Assembly (NCBI GenBank): GCA_002269645.1
Contig: NIVC01003999.1
Coordinates: forward strand, 1,836-65,835
From: Macrostomum lignano
Taxonomy: Eukaryota
Length of the DNA stretch: 64,000 bases
Direction of reading: 5' to 3'
Numbering within the stretch: the stretch's first letter is position 1; every line of letters begins with the position of its first letter. Below are positions 60,813-64,000 of this stretch, one piece after another. Under the pieces are notes generated by a model. The model did no database searches and had not been told where the DNA came from. It was given only the letters and a program-made list of their open reading frames with translations. Both the position numbers and the translations under genes were made by a program.

Positions 60813-61549
60813 ATTCAGATTCCTTCCTGTTTTTTCTTGACGGTGAGCTTCTTGTGTATGCAGATACAGACTCCTTTGCCCCATCTGGACTCAAGACCGG
60901 ACTAAACTAAACTCCAATTCGAGAAAAAATGATTTAAAAAAATTGTCGACAAATTTTCAGTCGCAGACTCGAAGCGCGAATCAAGTGGAAGCTTCAAAGC
61001 AAAAAAACAGAGCAATTTCGTCTGGCGCACCTGTGGCACAATTTATTTTTTGAGGGAGGAAAATTGGGACGTTTTTGTTTGTCTGTCTTATGGACCAATT
61101 CGGCTGCCCGCAGAGCGGCAGAGCCGTTTGAATATAATTGATCAATTATTTCGAAAATTTGCTCAGCATGGACCAGGTAGTTAACTGCTGCGAAACAAAG
61201 TCAAAGCAAAATTTCCTGCAGCAAATTTTCAAAACAGCAAAGCTTTACTTATAATTGTTTTTTCCAGCAATTTGCTAACAAATTGTTGGAAATCGCTCTT
61301 GAATGGGAAATTGTTTAAAGCAATTTTTGATGGGAAATCTTTTTTTATTGCCGCGACTTGCCTTCCCAGCTGTCTTGGTCGGCTGTCCGAGTGTCCGATC
61401 CAAGTTATTTTCTGGGCTTGTGTGTACTGCTGGGGCGCTTTCATATCTCAGAAATTTCATATTTCCGAATCGTATTTCCGAAATTTCATATCTCTGACGC
61501 TCCATATCTTTATATCATATCATATGAAGTCTGTTGCTAAGCTTGTCTG

Positions 61550-62490
61550 GGATGTGAAGTGTCGGAGATATGGATCGAGTGTTGGAGATGTGAAGTGTTG
61601 GAGATATGGAGTGTTGGAGATGTGAAGTGTCGGAGATATGGAGTGTTGGAGATGTGAAGTGTCGGAGATATGGAGTGTTGGAGATGTGAAGTGTTGAGAT
61701 GCGAAGTCGGAGATATGGAGTGTTGGAGATGTGAAGTGTCGGAGATGTGAAGTGTCGGAGATATGGAGTGTTGGAGATGCGAAGTCGGAGATATGGAGTG
61801 TTGGAGATGTGAAGTGTCGGAGATGTGAAGTCGGAGATATGGAGTGTTGGAGATGTGAAGTGTCGGAGATATGGAGTGTTGGAGATGTGAAGTGTCGGAG
61901 ATGTGAAGTGTCGGAGATATGAAGTGTCAAAGATATGAAGTGTCGGAGATATGAGATATCGGAGATATGAAGTGTCGGAGTTGGGAAGTGTTGGAGATGT
62001 GAAGTGTCGGAGATGTGAAGTGTCGGAGATATGAAGTGTCAAAGATATGAAGTGTCGGAGATATGAGATATCGGAGATATGAAGTGTCGGAGTTGGGAAG
62101 TGTTGGAGATGTGAAGTGTCGGAGATGTGAAGTGTCGGAGATATGGAGTGTTGGAGATGTAAAGTGTCGGAGATGTGAAGTCGGAGATATGGAGTGTTGG
62201 AGATGTGAAGTGTCTGAGATATGAAGTGTCAGAGATATGAAGTGTCGGAGATATGGAGTGTTGGAGATGTAAAGTGTCGGAGATGTGAAGTCGGAGATAT
62301 GGAGTGTTGGAGATATGAAGTGTCGGAGTTGGGAAGTGTTGGAGATGTGAAGTGTCGGATATATGAAGTGTCAGAGATATGAAGTGTCGGAGATATGGAG
62401 TGTTGGAGATATGAAGTGTCGGAGTTGGGAAGTGTTGGAGATGTGAAGTGTCGGAGATATGAAGTGTCGGAGATATGAAGTGTCGGAGAT
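61550..62490. repeat. 16-bp minisatellite (GGAGATGTGAAGTGTC / GGAGATATGGAGTGTT), often as 32-bp dimers
   Basis: Tandem periodicity with variant units. Confidence 0.92.
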
Positions 62491-62760
62491 ATGATTGCCG
62501 GATATGTGAAAGAAGCTGCTTTTCAAAGATATAAAAGTAGGGGAACTAATATGCAAGGATCCTATGTTCGCATAATCAAATACATCTGGATACGCTACAA
62601 CAATGCTGTGTCTTCGTTCAGTGAAGTCACTTATTGAAATGCCAACTTCGGGCGGGCGACTCGCATAGCAATTATGTAGTACACCTTTTCACGTTCAATT
62701 TTGATCAAAGTCCAGTTCTAAAAAAACTAGCGGAAATTCAATTCAGACTGAGGATAATTT

Positions 62761-63993
62761 TGTCTATGGCTAAACCTTACTTCGGTTAGAATGTTTTGAA
62801 CTGGGGTCAGACTGGGCCCCAGTCTAAATTGTCTGAATTGAATTGCTAGAAAATTTAGAATACTAATTATTATTTAAGTTGAACTGGAAATTGATACCAC
62901 ATTGAAACCACAGGAATTTAAAACATATAACTGCAATACTACGAAAACAAATGTCGGCAAAACTTAGTAGTTTTTTCAGTTTGGGTAGCATTGACGATGT
63001 CAGGTTGCATCCTAGGGCTTGAAATTGAACGCGCAGTTCGCAAAAGTTCCATTGAAGTTAAGCGAAAACGCTGAACGGTTCCCTACTACGTTGGTGGAAT
63101 CCACGTCGATCACCTGATTCATAAGGTGCTGACTGGACGAAACAGGTCCGAGCTTGGTGACAGGCACGACCACTTTTGGGTCTACGTTGACCAAAAAAGT
63201 AAACGAGTACGAAGTACACCTCGTGCAGAAGTAGTTGGAGTTGACCGATCAAAATAGCTAGATAGCTTTTCCAGGTCTTCCTTGCAAATTGCCTCAAAAT
63301 GTTCGATCCTTCCGCCAGCTTTAAGAAAAAGTCTGCCAACGGCTTTTAACGCCAAATTAGCTTTGAGTAAAAGCGATATCCTCAATGATATTCAGCCGGC
63401 GAACACGCAAAAAATAGCGACAGAGTCCGGCTCTAACACAGATCAGCGTAGTTGGTGCATAAAAGGTCTTGTCGAAGTGTAGCGTAAAAGTACTTTAACT
63501 TTTCAGCTAGATATTCAACGTCACAAGTATCGATGTCGCGACCTAGGCACGAGTCATCTCTCCATTGGTGCACGCTTGAAATATCTATGATCTAAACTTG
63601 GTGTTGAGCGGCCTTAGTGGAATTACGAGCCGTATTTTCATTCTAGTATTGTCTTAATTTTAACGATCGTGTATACCAAAGCTCATAGTCGTGATCTACG
63701 ACGCGGCATCGGTGAACGAATTGGCCTACTACACATGTCAGAAGGAGACGTGGTCGCGGCACCTCCTCGGCTGAGATTGGCGAGAGTACGAGTATTCAGC
63801 GCGAGTCAACCATGCTCAGCATGTTCGACGATCTGGCTCAATTAGATGTGAACGAACCCGAGGAGATTTTACTCGGTCAGGATCTGGATCAGGATCGAGA
63901 CCTGCTCAATGAGATGGATCTTATACAATTGGACGAAACGCTGAAAGTCGTATTAAATAAAGTTTTTTGTTCGGTGTGGTTTGGCCATAGACA
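62761..63993 (-). mobile_element. Deleted Crypton-type element with 16-bp inverted ends
   Basis: TGTCTATGGCTAAACC (62761-76) and GGTTTGGCCATAGACA (63978-93) match 15/16. Internal LFLKAGGRIEHFEAICKEDLEKLSSYFDRSTPT / LHEVYFVLVYFFGQRR is homologous to the 45-46 kb recombinase. Confidence 0.75.
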
Positions 63994-64000
63994 TTAGGCT

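Overview
Eukaryotic (spliceosomal-intron) animal DNA. The style (GC-rich low-complexity exons, introns filled with minisatellites) suggests a macrostomid flatworm such as Macrostomum lignano, but this is inference only. 0.8-19 kb is a gene block on the minus strand: a NUDT12/NudC-like NADH pyrophosphatase (frameshifted as given), a tRNA-Glu(CTC) on the plus strand, and an intact 8-exon NEK1-like kinase (1267 aa model) in which every intron carries its own minisatellite. 21-55 kb is a dense nest of transposon relics: solo-LTR-like elements, Ty3/Gypsy and BEL/Pao fragments, an RTE-like LINE, two Harbinger elements, a piggyBac, a THAP/P-like element and two hairpin MITEs. 57.7-59.6 kb holds a two-exon C6orf89-like gene. 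The most unusual signal is a family of Crypton-type (DUF3504-like) tyrosine-recombinase elements. One near-complete gene and up to five relics all lie on the minus strand, and an 8-mer GTCTATGG/CCATAGAC occurs about 24 times from 25.8 kb onward, brackets several of them as inward-facing ends, and also marks where the cores of the two MITE copies differ. A 25-bp minisatellite can be seen to have arisen in situ from a retrotransposon integrase ORF. All calls were made by eye with no database searches, and repeat boundaries are approximate.
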